The position numbers and the translations under genes were made by a program. A DNA stretch of 48,777 nucleotides from Methanoregulaceae archaeon. GTDB lineage: Archaea > Halobacteriota > Methanomicrobia > Methanomicrobiales > Methanospirillaceae. Shown here in pieces: positions 25,274 through 34,918 of the stretch (positions are counted from its first letter, which is position 1; each line of letters opens with the position of its first letter). Below the pieces are notes generated by a model. That model was given only the letters and a program-made list of their open reading frames with translations, was not told the DNA's origin and made no database searches. The stretch is taken from NCBI GenBank assembly GCA_028679325.1, contig JAJRBS010000171.1, forward strand, positions 1-48,777. Direction: 5' to 3'.

Positions 25274-26019
25274 GCCAAAATCTCCTGGAACCAACGGAGC
25301 AGCTCAAAAAACGAGCCGGCCATATACCAATGATGCAGCTGCTCTCACTCATCGACGTCCTCCATGCACCCGCGAGGGTGTTCTACCTGCGGTTTTTCTG
25401 TCTTTTTACAGGTTTCTATTCTCGAAGTCTCTTCATATACACCGCGGATATCAAATTCGCGGGAATCCCTGTTACTGTACTATTCTCCCTCTTCACGGAT
25501 CTTAACGGGAGCTACAAGCCATGTCTGTTCTTCAGGAGTGAGGAGATCCCATGCGGGGGGGGCTGGGATTCTTTCCGGTCTCCGCACTCCTTTGATGCAT
25601 TTTCGATGCGCTCCTCGCACCTACGGATAGCCATGAGTTTCAGTCTTTGAATCATTTCGGAGTTTTTCACAGACATAGGGTTGACCACTCTGTCGTCAGG
25701 TTGGGATCGCGAGATCCTTCATTTACGAGACGATAAAACTATGCTCGAGGGAAAACGGAGGGAGAATGATGCTTCCCCCCCGGTTTATTTCAGATCGAAC
25801 CTTTCTCCTCTCAGACCAGACTTTTGAAAGGCCGGTCTGCTGCGTCGATCCGGCTCTGATTGCCGAGGGTAGGATGTCGGAAGAAACAGCTGAGGTATGA
25901 TATATCCAGGGCGCGGGTCGGACTGGAAAGATGACGAGGATGAGGATTCCAAAGAGACCGATCAAAACATGGAATTTTTTATCCCAGCCTGTTATACCCT
26001 ACAGTGAAAGGGTTTTTTC

Positions 26020-26631
26020 ATGGTGGAAGATATCAGGGACCTTATCGAAAAAATCAACCAGGACGGGATCAGGGCAGCAGAGGAGAAGGCCCGGGATATC
26101 GAGGATGCCGCCCGCCGGAGGGCCGATGACATCATCGCAGCAGCACAGCATGACGCGGAAAATCTGATCTCTGCAGCGAAGGAGAGGATTCGCCGCGAAG
26201 ACGAGAAGGAGAGAACCCTGCTTGTCCAGGCAGGGAGGGATATGCTCCTCTCTCTCCGCGAGGAGATCAATGCCATGCTGGGACGTATCCTGGTAACAGA
26301 TATCCGGAAATCCCTGACCCCCGAGGCACTCTCCATGATCCTGGCAGAAGCGGTCAGGAAATCTGGCAATGAGGCGTCCGGGGACATCATTATCTTCCTC
26401 TCTCCGGAAGACCGTGAAACTCTCGAGCAGAATTTTATGGCACGACTCAGGGAAGAAACAGGAAAAAAGATAGTCGTCAGGCCTTTGGGAGACATCTCCC
26501 GAGGCTTTTCCATCAGTTATGACCGCGGAAAATCCTGCTATGATTTTTCCGACAAGGCCCTGGCAGAGTATATCGGGACATACCTGAAGCCGAGGTTAAA
26601 CCGGATCCTCGAGGAATCTACTAAGGATTGA
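26020..26631 (+). CDS. atpE: V-type ATPase subunit E (second ATPase operon)
   Basis: 203 aa. N-terminal charged coiled coil (IRAAEEKARDIEDAARRRADDIIAAAQHDAENLISAAKERI) and a C-terminal globular part. It is the first gene of the plus-strand operon. Confidence 0.8.
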   Translation: MVEDIRDLIEKINQDGIRAAEEKARDIEDAARRRADDIIAAAQHDAENLISAAKERIRREDEKERTLLVQAGRDMLLSLREEINAMLGRILVTDIRKSLTPEALSMILAEAVRKSGNEASGDIIIFLSPEDRETLEQNFMARLREETGKKIVVRPLGDISRGFSISYDRGKSCYDFSDKALAEYIGTYLKPRLNRILEESTKD

Positions 26632-26638
26632 GAAGAGG

Positions 26639-27184
26639 ATGGCTGATTTTTACCCTTACCTGGTTGCAAGCTTCCCTATGCTTCACTTCGGCATGAAACC
26701 GCCATTTTCGTTTGAACGATTTTTAGGGGAATGCCAGCCTTTTATGCCGGAGAAGGACTTCAAGATCCTGAGCACCCTGCCGCTGCCGGAGGAGTACCAG
26801 GAAAGAGAAGAAGAACACCCGCTCGTCCGGCACTGGATCGAATTTGATACGGCCCTGAGAAACGAGCTGGTCCGGACTCGCGCCGCCAGAATCCGGCGGG
26901 ACCCTGCTGCATATAGCCTTGCCGGAATTTACGGCGATTCCTCCCTCGGCCCGGCAGTCATGGCTGCAGGCACAAACAGCTCTCTCTCCGGTGCAGAAAA
27001 GGCCCTCGATGAACTCCGCTGGAAAAAACTCGATGATCTGGCCACGGGCCATTATTTCGACCTGGACTTTCTGATAACTTTTGGTTATAAGCTCATGATC
27101 CTCGAGCGCTGGGAGCGGATCCGGACAGCGGATGGGCGGATCCTGCTTGAACAGGTTCTGGCAGGGGGAACTGCGATACAATGA
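26639..27184 (+). CDS. DUF2764-like protein (the short ORF that sits between E and A in minimal bacterial V-type ATPase operons; possible C/d-subunit substitute)
   Basis: 181 aa. The N-terminal YPYLVASFPMLHF motif resembles, from memory, the YYLVSSLPxL start of DUF2764 proteins. Its position between E and A, and the 4-nt overlap with atpA, support co-translation. Confidence 0.55.
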   Translation: MADFYPYLVASFPMLHFGMKPPFSFERFLGECQPFMPEKDFKILSTLPLPEEYQEREEEHPLVRHWIEFDTALRNELVRTRAARIRRDPAAYSLAGIYGDSSLGPAVMAAGTNSSLSGAEKALDELRWKKLDDLATGHYFDLDFLITFGYKLMILERWERIRTADGRILLEQVLAGGTAIQ

Positions 27185-28917
27185 CAGAACAACGAAAAGG
27201 ACGTGTCACGAAGATCAGCGGGAACATGGTTACAGTCGGTTTCGATTCCCCGGTCATGCAGAATGAAGTCGCTTATATCCTGCATGCAGGGGAGCGTCTC
27301 AAGGCAGAGATCATCCGGGTGCGCGGCAACCTTGCAGAGATGCAGGTCTACGAAGCGACAGGAGGGTTGAGAATCGGCGAAGAAGTTGAGTTTACCGGGG
27401 AGCTCCTTTCCGTTGAGCTTGGCCCGGGAATGCTTGGACAGATCTTTGACGGCCTCCAGAATCCTCTGCCGGAAATCGCCGAGCAATGCGGTTTTTTTCT
27501 CAAGCGCGGTGTCTATCTCAATCCACTCTCCGAGAAGGAGCGCTGGGACTTTACCCCTGTCGTTACCCCCGGGAAGAGTGTTTGTGCAGGGGATAAACTC
27601 GGGTATGTCAGCGAGAAGATATTCAGGCACTACTGCATGGTCCCCTTCTCCTTCCAGGGACATTTTGAGGTTCAATCGATTGAAGGTAGCGGCAGTTTTT
27701 CGGTCCGTGATGTTGTTGCACGGCTGAAGGATCCGGAGGGGAAGGGCCATCCCGTGTACCTGAGCCAGCAGTGGCCGGTTAAAATCCCCATCCAGGCCTA
27801 TGCCGAGCGGCTGAAACCCGGAGAACCGCTGGTCACACGGATGCGCCTTATCGATTCCCTCTTCCCTGTGGCACGGGGCGGGACATACTGCATTCCGGGT
27901 CCTTTCGGGGCGGGAAAAACAGTCCTGCAGCAACTGACCAGCAGGCATGCCGAAGTGGATATCGTGATCATTGCGGCGTGCGGTGAACGTGCCGGCGAAA
28001 TAGTCGAGACCATCAAGACTTTTCCGGCGATACAGGATCCCCGGACCGGACGCCCGTTAAGCGATCGCACGGTCATCATCTGTAATACCAGTTCCATGCC
28101 TGTCGCTGCCCGGGAATCGAGCGTGTACACGGCAGTTACCATTGCCGAATACTACCGCCAGATGGGCCTCAATGTCCTCCTGCTCGCCGACTCCACCTCG
28201 CGCTGGGCACAGGCCATGCGGGAGATGTCCGGGAGGCTCGAAGAGATTCCGGGGGAAGAGGCATTCCCGGCCTACCTCGAGTCACGGATTGCCTCCTTCT
28301 ACGAGAGGGCAGGGGCGGTTCGACTGTATGACGGCTCGACAGGCTCGGTGACTATCGGGGGTGCCGTAAGCCCTGCCGGCGGGAACTTCGAAGAGCCGGT
28401 GACCCAGGCGACGCTGAAGGTGGTGGGTGCCTTCCATGGCCTTTCGCGCAGCCGGTCGGATGCCCGGCGTTACCCGGCGATCGACCCGCTGATCAGCTGG
28501 AGCAAGTACGATAGTTTCATCGATGGAAAAAAGGTGGAGCGTGGGCACGCACTCCTCCGCAGGGGCTTCGATATTGCGCAGATGATGAAAGTTGTCGGAG
28601 AGGAGGGCACCTCGCTTCCCGACTATGTCGATTATCTCAAGGCAGAATTTTTTGATTTCGTGTACCTCCAGCAGAACGCCTTTGACCCGGTTGACGAGGC
28701 CACCCCGAAAGAACGGCAGATCTATGTCTATGATTTTATCTATGGTATCATGGAATCCGAATTCACCTTCGAGGACAAGGATACCTCCCTGCATTTCTTC
28801 CAGAAGATGCGCCAGCTCTTCAGGGGATGGAACTCCACCCCCTGGGAGAGTCCGGAGTTTTTGGAAAGCGAGAAGGAGATCAGGGAATTTCTGGCCGGGC
28901 GCCTGGTGAAAGGGTAA
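27181..28917 (+). CDS. atpA: V-type ATPase catalytic subunit A (second copy)
   Basis: 578 aa. Walker [33 protein letters not shown]. It is clearly diverged from the minus-strand atpA. Confidence 0.95.
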   Translation: MTEQRKGRVTKISGNMVTVGFDSPVMQNEVAYILHAGERLKAEIIRVRGNLAEMQVYEATGGLRIGEEVEFTGELLSVELGPGMLGQIFDGLQNPLPEIAEQCGFFLKRGVYLNPLSEKERWDFTPVVTPGKSVCAGDKLGYVSEKIFRHYCMVPFSFQGHFEVQSIEGSGSFSVRDVVARLKDPEGKGHPVYLSQQWPVKIPIQAYAERLKPGEPLVTRMRLIDSLFPVARGGTYCIPGPFGAGKTVLQQLTSRHAEVDIVIIAACGERAGEIVETIKTFPAIQDPRTGRPLSDRTVIICNTSSMPVAARESSVYTAVTIAEYYRQMGLNVLLLADSTSRWAQAMREMSGRLEEIPGEEAFPAYLESRIASFYERAGAVRLYDGSTGSVTIGGAVSPAGGNFEEPVTQATLKVVGAFHGLSRSRSDARRYPAIDPLISWSKYDSFIDGKKVERGHALLRRGFDIAQMMKVVGEEGTSLPDYVDYLKAEFFDFVYLQQNAFDPVDEATPKERQIYVYDFIYGIMESEFTFEDKDTSLHFFQKMRQLFRGWNSTPWESPEFLESEKEIREFLAGRLVKG

Positions 28918-28918
28918 C

Positions 28919-30217
28919 ATGCAGAGATACTACATGAACATCAGCCAGATTATCGGGGACGTCATCACCGTGGAGGCCGATAATGTTGGCAACAATGAAC
29001 TCGCACAGGTGGTCACCGGACGGGGAACGTCCCTGGCGCAGGTCATCCGCCTGGACGGAAAGAAGGTATATTTACAGGTATTTGCCGGAAGCCGTGGCAT
29101 TTCTACCGGCGACAGGGTGCGGTTCCTCGGCCACCCTATGCAGATAGCGACCGGGGAGAAGCTCCTCGGCCGCATCTTTAATGGAAGCGGCAAGCCCCTG
29201 GACAACGGGCCGGAGTTTTCGGAAAATCTGGTTGATATCGGGGGACCTCCGGTAAACCCGGTCAGGCGCGTCATCCCGGATAAGATGATCCGGACCGGCA
29301 TTCCCCTGATCGATGTATTCAATTCCCTGGTCGAATCCCAGAAGCTCCCTATCTTTTCCATAGCCGGCGAGCCCTACAATGAACTGCTGGCAAGGATCGC
29401 CACTCAGGCCGAGGTCGATATCATCATTCTCGGCGGCATGGGTCTGAAGTACGATGACTACCTTTTCTTCAGGGACACCCTCGAGGAGCACGGCGCTTTA
29501 TCCCGTTCGATCGTTTTCATGCACACCGCTGCCGACCCTGTCGTGGAATGCCTGCTTGTCCCGGATATCAGCCTGGCGGTCGCCGAAAATTTTGCGCTTG
29601 AGGGAAAAAGAGTGCTCGTCCTGCTGACGGACATGAGCAATTTCTGCGACGCGCAAAAGGAGATTGCCATCACCATGCAGCAGATCCCTTCAAACAGGGG
29701 CTACCCCGGGGACCTTTACAGCATGCTGGCGGCCCGCTATGAAAAGGCCGTCGATTTCGAATCGGCGGGCTCGATCACCATCCTCGCGGTAACGACCATG
29801 CCGGGAGACGACGTGACCCACCCGATTCCCGACAACACCGGGTATATCACCGAGGGGCAGTTCTACCTCAAGAACGGAGTCATCGAACCGTTCGGTTCCC
29901 TGAGCCGCTTAAAGCAACTGGTCAACGGAAAAACCCGCGGTGATCACCGGATCATCATGGACACCATGATACAGCTCTTCGCCGACTACCGGGAGACACA
30001 GGAGAAACAGGCCATGGGATTTCAGATGAGTGCATGGGACGGAAAACTTCTCCGCTACGGGAGGCTTTTTGAAGAACGGATGATGTCCCTTTCCGTGAAC
30101 ATTCCCCTGGAAAAAGCACTGGATCGGGGCTGGGAGATCCTGAAGGAGTGTTTCTCTCCCGAAGAGACAGGGATCAGCAGATCCATGATCGATGAATACT
30201 GGCAAAAGCAGCTATGA
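28919..30217 (+). CDS. atpB: V-type ATPase subunit B (second copy)
   Basis: 432 aa. [57 protein letters not shown]. Confidence 0.95.
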   Translation: MQRYYMNISQIIGDVITVEADNVGNNELAQVVTGRGTSLAQVIRLDGKKVYLQVFAGSRGISTGDRVRFLGHPMQIATGEKLLGRIFNGSGKPLDNGPEFSENLVDIGGPPVNPVRRVIPDKMIRTGIPLIDVFNSLVESQKLPIFSIAGEPYNELLARIATQAEVDIIILGGMGLKYDDYLFFRDTLEEHGALSRSIVFMHTAADPVVECLLVPDISLAVAENFALEGKRVLVLLTDMSNFCDAQKEIAITMQQIPSNRGYPGDLYSMLAARYEKAVDFESAGSITILAVTTMPGDDVTHPIPDNTGYITEGQFYLKNGVIEPFGSLSRLKQLVNGKTRGDHRIIMDTMIQLFADYRETQEKQAMGFQMSAWDGKLLRYGRLFEERMMSLSVNIPLEKALDRGWEILKECFSPEETGISRSMIDEYWQKQL

Positions 30218-30822
30218 AAATACGACTGACTCAGGGTGAACTCAAGAGACAGAGGGATTCCCTCCGGCAGTACGAGAGGTACCTGCCCACCCTCCAGCTG
30301 AAGAAGCAGCAGTTGCAACTCGAGATCCTCCACCAGCAGCGGTCCCGGACCGAGAGGGAGAATTCTCTTGCAGCGTGGGAGGAAACGGCAAAGGAATGGC
30401 TGGGCCTTCTCATCGAAGCTCCGGAGATCGGGCAATGGATTGTTCCTGAGAGTATCATCGCTACCAGGAAGAACATCGCCGGTGTCGACGTGCCGGTCTT
30501 TATCCGTGTGGATTTTGTACCGGCAGAGTATGACCTGTTCACAACCCCTCTCTGGGTGGATACAGCTCTTGAGAGGCTGAAAGAGCGGGTGTCGCTGGGG
30601 GAAGAGCTGAGTATCCTCGAACAGGGAATAAACATTCTCAGGCATGAGCTTCGCATAACGACCCAGCGCGTCAACCTGTTTGAGAAGATCAAGATCCCCG
30701 AGGCAAAGGAAGCAATACGGGTCATAAAGATAGCCATGGGTGACAGGATGACCAGTGCTGTCGGCCGGAGCAAGATCGCAAAAAACAAGGTCGAAGAAGA
30801 TCATCGGGAGGTGGCTGTGTAA
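30214..30822 (+). CDS. atpD: V-type ATPase subunit D (second copy)
   Basis: 202 aa. Its long helical coiled coil, [26 protein letters not shown]..., resembles the D rotor stalk. It has a 4-nt overlap with atpB. Confidence 0.85.
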   Translation: MKIRLTQGELKRQRDSLRQYERYLPTLQLKKQQLQLEILHQQRSRTERENSLAAWEETAKEWLGLLIEAPEIGQWIVPESIIATRKNIAGVDVPVFIRVDFVPAEYDLFTTPLWVDTALERLKERVSLGEELSILEQGINILRHELRITTQRVNLFEKIKIPEAKEAIRVIKIAMGDRMTSAVGRSKIAKNKVEEDHREVAV

Positions 30823-32586
30823 ATGATCGTCCCCATGAAGAAAGCCACCATCCTGTGCGAGACAAAGGATGCGGAAGCTACCGTACGACATCTGCGTAGC
30901 ATGGGGGTCATCCACGTCCAACACGAGAACCCGCCCGAGGGCAAGGATATCTCTGACCTCCGGGCCAGTTCCGCTCTCATCGACTCGACTGTAGAGGTTC
31001 TGAACCAGGTGGATGCATCAAAGAGAGATCTTCAGCCGCAGGTGAAGATCAGTGGCGACTGGACGGCAGTTGCTGCCAGAATCATCGAGCTCGGCAGACG
31101 CAGGGAACAACTGGAGTCCTTGTCCGAAGACCTGACCGGTCAGATCAAGGAGTGGGAGCGCTGGGGTGATGTCGATCTTGGCCAGGTTCAGCACCTGGGG
31201 GAGAACGGGGTTTACCTGAAGCTGTGTCAGGTCCCGGTCAAGGAAACCGGGAAATTTCCCGATGACATGGTCGTAAAAAAACTTTTCACCGAGGGTAACA
31301 CCGATTCCTGCGTAGTGATATCGCTCCGGCAGTTTGAATGCCCTTTCACCGAGATACTTCCGCCGAAACAGACTGTCTCTTCGCTCAAGGAACAGCTCGC
31401 CAGCACTGCTGAGATGATCGAGGCCGCAGACCGCGAGATCGTAACATCTGCCCGGTTTCGTGATGACCTTCTGCGAATGAAGGGAGAACTTGAGAAAGAG
31501 ATCGAATTTCAGCAGGTCATGCACGGCATGGGGAAGCAGGGCCCTGTCGTTTACGTCACGGGATACTTCCCTTCCGATGGCGAAGAGCATCTGGTTTCCG
31601 AGGCCAGAAAACAGAAATGGGGGATCATGGTGACCGAACCCCCGCCCGAGGAAAATGTGCCGACGCTGCTCCGGAATCCCTCATGGGTCAACCTCATCAA
31701 GCCCGTGCTCGGGCTTCTCGGGCTCACTCCCGGCTACCATGAACTTGACATCAGCCTGCCGTTTCTGATCTTCTTCTGCATCTTTTTTGGCATCCTCATC
31801 GGTGATGCCGGTTATGGACTGGTCTATATCCTTCTCACGCTTCTGATAACGATCTGGTTGTACAGAACCATGAAACTGAATGCGGAGATGAAAACGATGG
31901 TTTCGCTTTTTTATCTCCTCGGTTCTTGTGCAGTTATATGGGGCCTCCTGACCGGGACGTTCTTCGGCCAGGGATTGCTGCAGCCCCTTGTCCCGCAGCT
32001 GACCGATCCCAGAACGGTGGAGACATTCTGCTTCTTTCTGGGAGCGCTACATTTGTCCATAGCCCATACCTGGCGGGCTGTCCTGAAGTATCCGTCCCTG
32101 ACAGCCCTTGCTGACGTCGGTTATATCTGCATTCTCTGGACCGCGTTCTTCCTGGCCCAGACCCTTGTCCTCGGAGAACCGTTTCCAGCATTTGGGATAT
32201 GGCTGGTTGTGACAGGGATCATGCTCGTGATATTATTTACCAACCCGCAGCGACGGGTGCTCAGGGGCATCGGTGAAGGTGTGGGGACGATGGCATTGAG
32301 TTTCATGAACAATATTACCGACGTGATCTCGTATGTTCGCCTCTTTGCCGTCGGTCTTGCAGGCCTTGCCATCGCAGAGACGACAAATACACTGGCATCC
32401 GGGATTGGTACGGGCATCATCGCGCTGGCGGCAGGTTTCGTAATTCTTATCATCGGCCATGGCTTAAACATCATTTTAGGAATAATATCCGTACTCGTGC
32501 ATGGCGTCAGGCTGAACGTCCTGGAATTTTCAGGGCATGCGAACGTCACCTGGAGTGGGTCTGCATTCGAACCGTTCAAAGAATAG
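30823..32586 (+). CDS. atpI: V-type ATPase subunit I (second copy)
   Basis: 587 aa. Hydrophilic N-terminal half and polytopic C-terminal half, with the stator Arg in HGVRLNVLEF. It starts immediately after the atpD stop. Confidence 0.9.
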   Translation: MIVPMKKATILCETKDAEATVRHLRSMGVIHVQHENPPEGKDISDLRASSALIDSTVEVLNQVDASKRDLQPQVKISGDWTAVAARIIELGRRREQLESLSEDLTGQIKEWERWGDVDLGQVQHLGENGVYLKLCQVPVKETGKFPDDMVVKKLFTEGNTDSCVVISLRQFECPFTEILPPKQTVSSLKEQLASTAEMIEAADREIVTSARFRDDLLRMKGELEKEIEFQQVMHGMGKQGPVVYVTGYFPSDGEEHLVSEARKQKWGIMVTEPPPEENVPTLLRNPSWVNLIKPVLGLLGLTPGYHELDISLPFLIFFCIFFGILIGDAGYGLVYILLTLLITIWLYRTMKLNAEMKTMVSLFYLLGSCAVIWGLLTGTFFGQGLLQPLVPQLTDPRTVETFCFFLGALHLSIAHTWRAVLKYPSLTALADVGYICILWTAFFLAQTLVLGEPFPAFGIWLVVTGIMLVILFTNPQRRVLRGIGEGVGTMALSFMNNITDVISYVRLFAVGLAGLAIAETTNTLASGIGTGIIALAAGFVILIIGHGLNIILGIISVLVHGVRLNVLEFSGHANVTWSGSAFEPFKE

Positions 32587-32624
32587 ACAGGAAAATTTCG
32601 TCGAGGAGATAAAAGGAGAATAGC

Positions 32625-33074
32625 ATGGATCCCGTCATGATGCAGTTTCAGGATCTGGGAATGGGTCTGGTGCTTGGCCTGTCGGCCGCCGGATCGGCTG
32701 CTGGAGCAGGAGTTGCCGGGATGGCAGCGATTGGGGCATGGAAGAAGAAGTTCAGCCAGAATAAACCGGCATCGTTCATGCTCCTTGCTTTTGTCGGTGC
32801 ACCTCTCACCCAAACGATCTATGGCATGATCGTCATGAACAGGATGTATGAGATTACCGTTCAGGGACCGGCTCTCTGGGGTATTGGTGCTTTTTGCGGC
32901 TTTGCCATCGGGCTCTCCGCATACTTCCAGGGTAAATGTGCTGCCTGTGCCTGCGATGCGATGGAAGAGACGGGGAAGGGATTTGGAAACTACATGATCA
33001 TCCTGGGTATGACCGAGACCGTTGCCCTGCTGGTGATGGCTTTTACCCTGGGAATCCTTGGCAGGTTCGGGTAG
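32625..33074 (+). CDS. atpK: V-type ATPase proteolipid subunit K, duplicated 16-kDa (4-TM) form with a single carboxylate
   Basis: 149 aa with four hydrophobic helices. Only helix 4 carries an acidic residue (GMTETVALL). Helix 2 has PLTQTIYG and helix 3 has YFQGK. Confidence 0.9.
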   Translation: MDPVMMQFQDLGMGLVLGLSAAGSAAGAGVAGMAAIGAWKKKFSQNKPASFMLLAFVGAPLTQTIYGMIVMNRMYEITVQGPALWGIGAFCGFAIGLSAYFQGKCAACACDAMEETGKGFGNYMIILGMTETVALLVMAFTLGILGRFG

Positions 33075-33153
33075 GGACAGATCCGCCTGGCCGGGGCAGG
33101 CTCTATCGGTTCCACCCCCGGTTTTGTCTGAAAATCTGAAGGGATCCCCTTAT

Positions 33154-34020
33154 TCATTCAGGTTTACGAATGATAATAACCGGGCGCATGGCGGTTGTCG
33201 CCACCATCTGTGCCGTGCTTCCGACCAGAAGTTCACGGAACCAGCCTTTGCCATGGGAACTCATCCAGATAACCGATACGTCCTCCTGATCGGCAATCCT
33301 CGCGATCTCGGAAGCCGGGTTCCCCGTGGAGACGAGGGTCCTCGCTTTAAAGCCCTTTGCTGAAAGGTTGTCCCGTATCTCTTCGATCCGGGCTCTGGCC
33401 TTTTCGACAGACTCGCGGATCTCATCATCAGACTCACCCCGGGAGACGACATGCATGAGGATGATATCGCCCATTCCCTTCGTCCTGACCAGGAGATCCA
33501 CTGCGCTGTCCGAGTAAGCGGAAAAGTCGACAGGGCAGAGAACCCGGTAAAGGATCATGGGGCAGAACTTCTCAAGGGTCCTTTCTCCCAACTCCTCGAT
33601 TATTTTGTGCCGCATGAAAAGGACGCTTGTTTTACTGCGGTGAAGAACTGCCGTGGATACACTGCCAAGAAGTACTCCCCCGACCAGGCTTTTTCCCCGT
33701 GCGCCGAGAACGATCAGGGAAACGCCACTCTCCTCCGCTGTTCTGATGATTGCCCCGGCTGTGTCCGAAGAGGTCGTAACGGCAGTCGTTACCCTGAAAT
33801 CCTGGCTGAGGCTTTCCAGGTACCTCCTCTCTTCCTTGAGCAGACCCTCCCCGTTTCCGAAGAATGCTTCTCCAATCTCCCCTCCGCCCCGGGGGGATCT
33901 CGCTGCTTCGATGACATGGAAGATGATGACCTCGCGGACGCCGGGGAAACCGGCAACGCAGTCGAGCGTCTTCCTGGCGTATTCTGAGAAATCGGTGGGG
34001 AACAGAATCTTCTCAAACAT
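33154..34020 (-). CDS. tandem universal stress protein (two UspA domains), paralog of 14528..15391
   Basis: I chose the internal ATG at 34020 (MFEKILFPTDFSEYARKTLDCV...). It has the same two-domain pattern as the other USP gene (SLIVLGARGKSLVGGVLLGSVS..., VIWMSSHGKGWFRELLVGSTA...). Confidence 0.85.
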   Translation of the reverse strand: MFEKILFPTDFSEYARKTLDCVAGFPGVREVIIFHVIEAARSPRGGGEIGEAFFGNGEGLLKEERRYLESLSQDFRVTTAVTTSSDTAGAIIRTAEESGVSLIVLGARGKSLVGGVLLGSVSTAVLHRSKTSVLFMRHKIIEELGERTLEKFCPMILYRVLCPVDFSAYSDSAVDLLVRTKGMGDIILMHVVSRGESDDEIRESVEKARARIEEIRDNLSAKGFKARTLVSTGNPASEIARIADQEDVSVIWMSSHGKGWFRELLVGSTAQMVATTAMRPVIIIRKPE

Positions 34021-34180
34021 GTGTAACTCCCTGGGAAATATCCCGGACCCGGCCGCATCAGGCGGTATCGGGGCAGCAGACAATAGATATTATCTGCGAT
34101 ATTTAATGATATCCTGTTTTCCTGTCGCCTGTGAAACTTTTATTTCGTTCCGTGCTAACATGTAGCATAATTTATGGGAG

Positions 34181-34918
34181 TTGTCCCTGGTGCTCGAACT
34201 GAATAATGTGACCAAGAAATTCGGTGGCCTTGTCGCGGTCAACGGCGTCAGCCTGAAGGTCAGGGAACAGGAGATCCTCGGGCTGGTCGGACCGAACGGG
34301 GCTGGAAAAACAACCCTTTTCAACCTCATATCGGGGATCTATCGCCCTGACAAAGGATCGATCGAGTACCAGGGCCAGGATATATCGAAGCTCCCGATGG
34401 ACAAGATCTGCAGGCTGGGTATCGCCAAGACCTTCCAGCACACCCACTCCTTCCCCGGGATGACCGCCCGGGAGAGCGTCATGCTCGGGTCCCTGTTTGG
34501 TAACGGCCACCACACCACGATGGCAGAGGCGGCCTCGGAGGCATCCGGAATCCTGGCGCGGGTAGGATTTCCGAGTGAGAAGACCGATAAGCCCCTCTCC
34601 AGCCTGAACGTGATTGAACTCCGGAGGACCCAGCTGGCCCGGGCTCTTGCCTCCCGGCCAAAGGTCCTCCTTCTTGACGAACTGATGACCGGGCTCAACC
34701 CGAGCGAGGGGGCAGAGGCCATGGACCTGATCCGCGGCCTTCGCGACGACGGGATAACCATTGTCATCATCGAGCATGTCATGCGGGTCATCCTCGGGGT
34801 CTCGGATCGTGTGGTGGTCCTCGACAGGGGCGAGAAGATAGCAGACGGGAAGCCTGAAGACGTGGTGAGGGACCAGAAGGTCATCGACTCCTACCTTGGC
34901 GAAAGGTACGCATGCTGA
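34181..34918 (+). CDS. livG: branched-chain amino acid (HAAT family) ABC transporter ATP-binding protein
   Basis: Walker A GPNGAGKTT, signature LSSLNVIELRRTQLARAL, Walker B LLLDE, and the LivG-type C-terminal tail. The start codon is uncertain (TTG at 34181 or GTG at 34190). Confidence 0.9.
   Translation: MSLVLELNNVTKKFGGLVAVNGVSLKVREQEILGLVGPNGAGKTTLFNLISGIYRPDKGSIEYQGQDISKLPMDKICRLGIAKTFQHTHSFPGMTARESVMLGSLFGNGHHTTMAEAASEASGILARVGFPSEKTDKPLSSLNVIELRRTQLARALASRPKVLLLDELMTGLNPSEGAEAMDLIRGLRDDGITIVIIEHVMRVILGVSDRVVVLDRGEKIADGKPEDVVRDQKVIDSYLGERYAC

Noticed and set aside
25345-25676. The in-frame TAG in the protein-like minus-strand frame upstream of atpH might encode pyrrolysine.
   Set aside because: Nothing in the window shows Pyl machinery or methylamine methyltransferase context. 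The frame also needs a +1 shift at the C8 run. A pseudogene or non-coding leader is the more parsimonious reading.
25723-25965. An 80-aa minus-strand ORF with a hydrophobic N-terminus (MIGLFGILILVIFPV...) in the inter-operon region.
   Set aside because: After the first 15 residues the sequence is low-complexity and Ser/Arg-rich. I see no ribosome-binding context and no supporting motif. I kept it only as part of the divergent control region.
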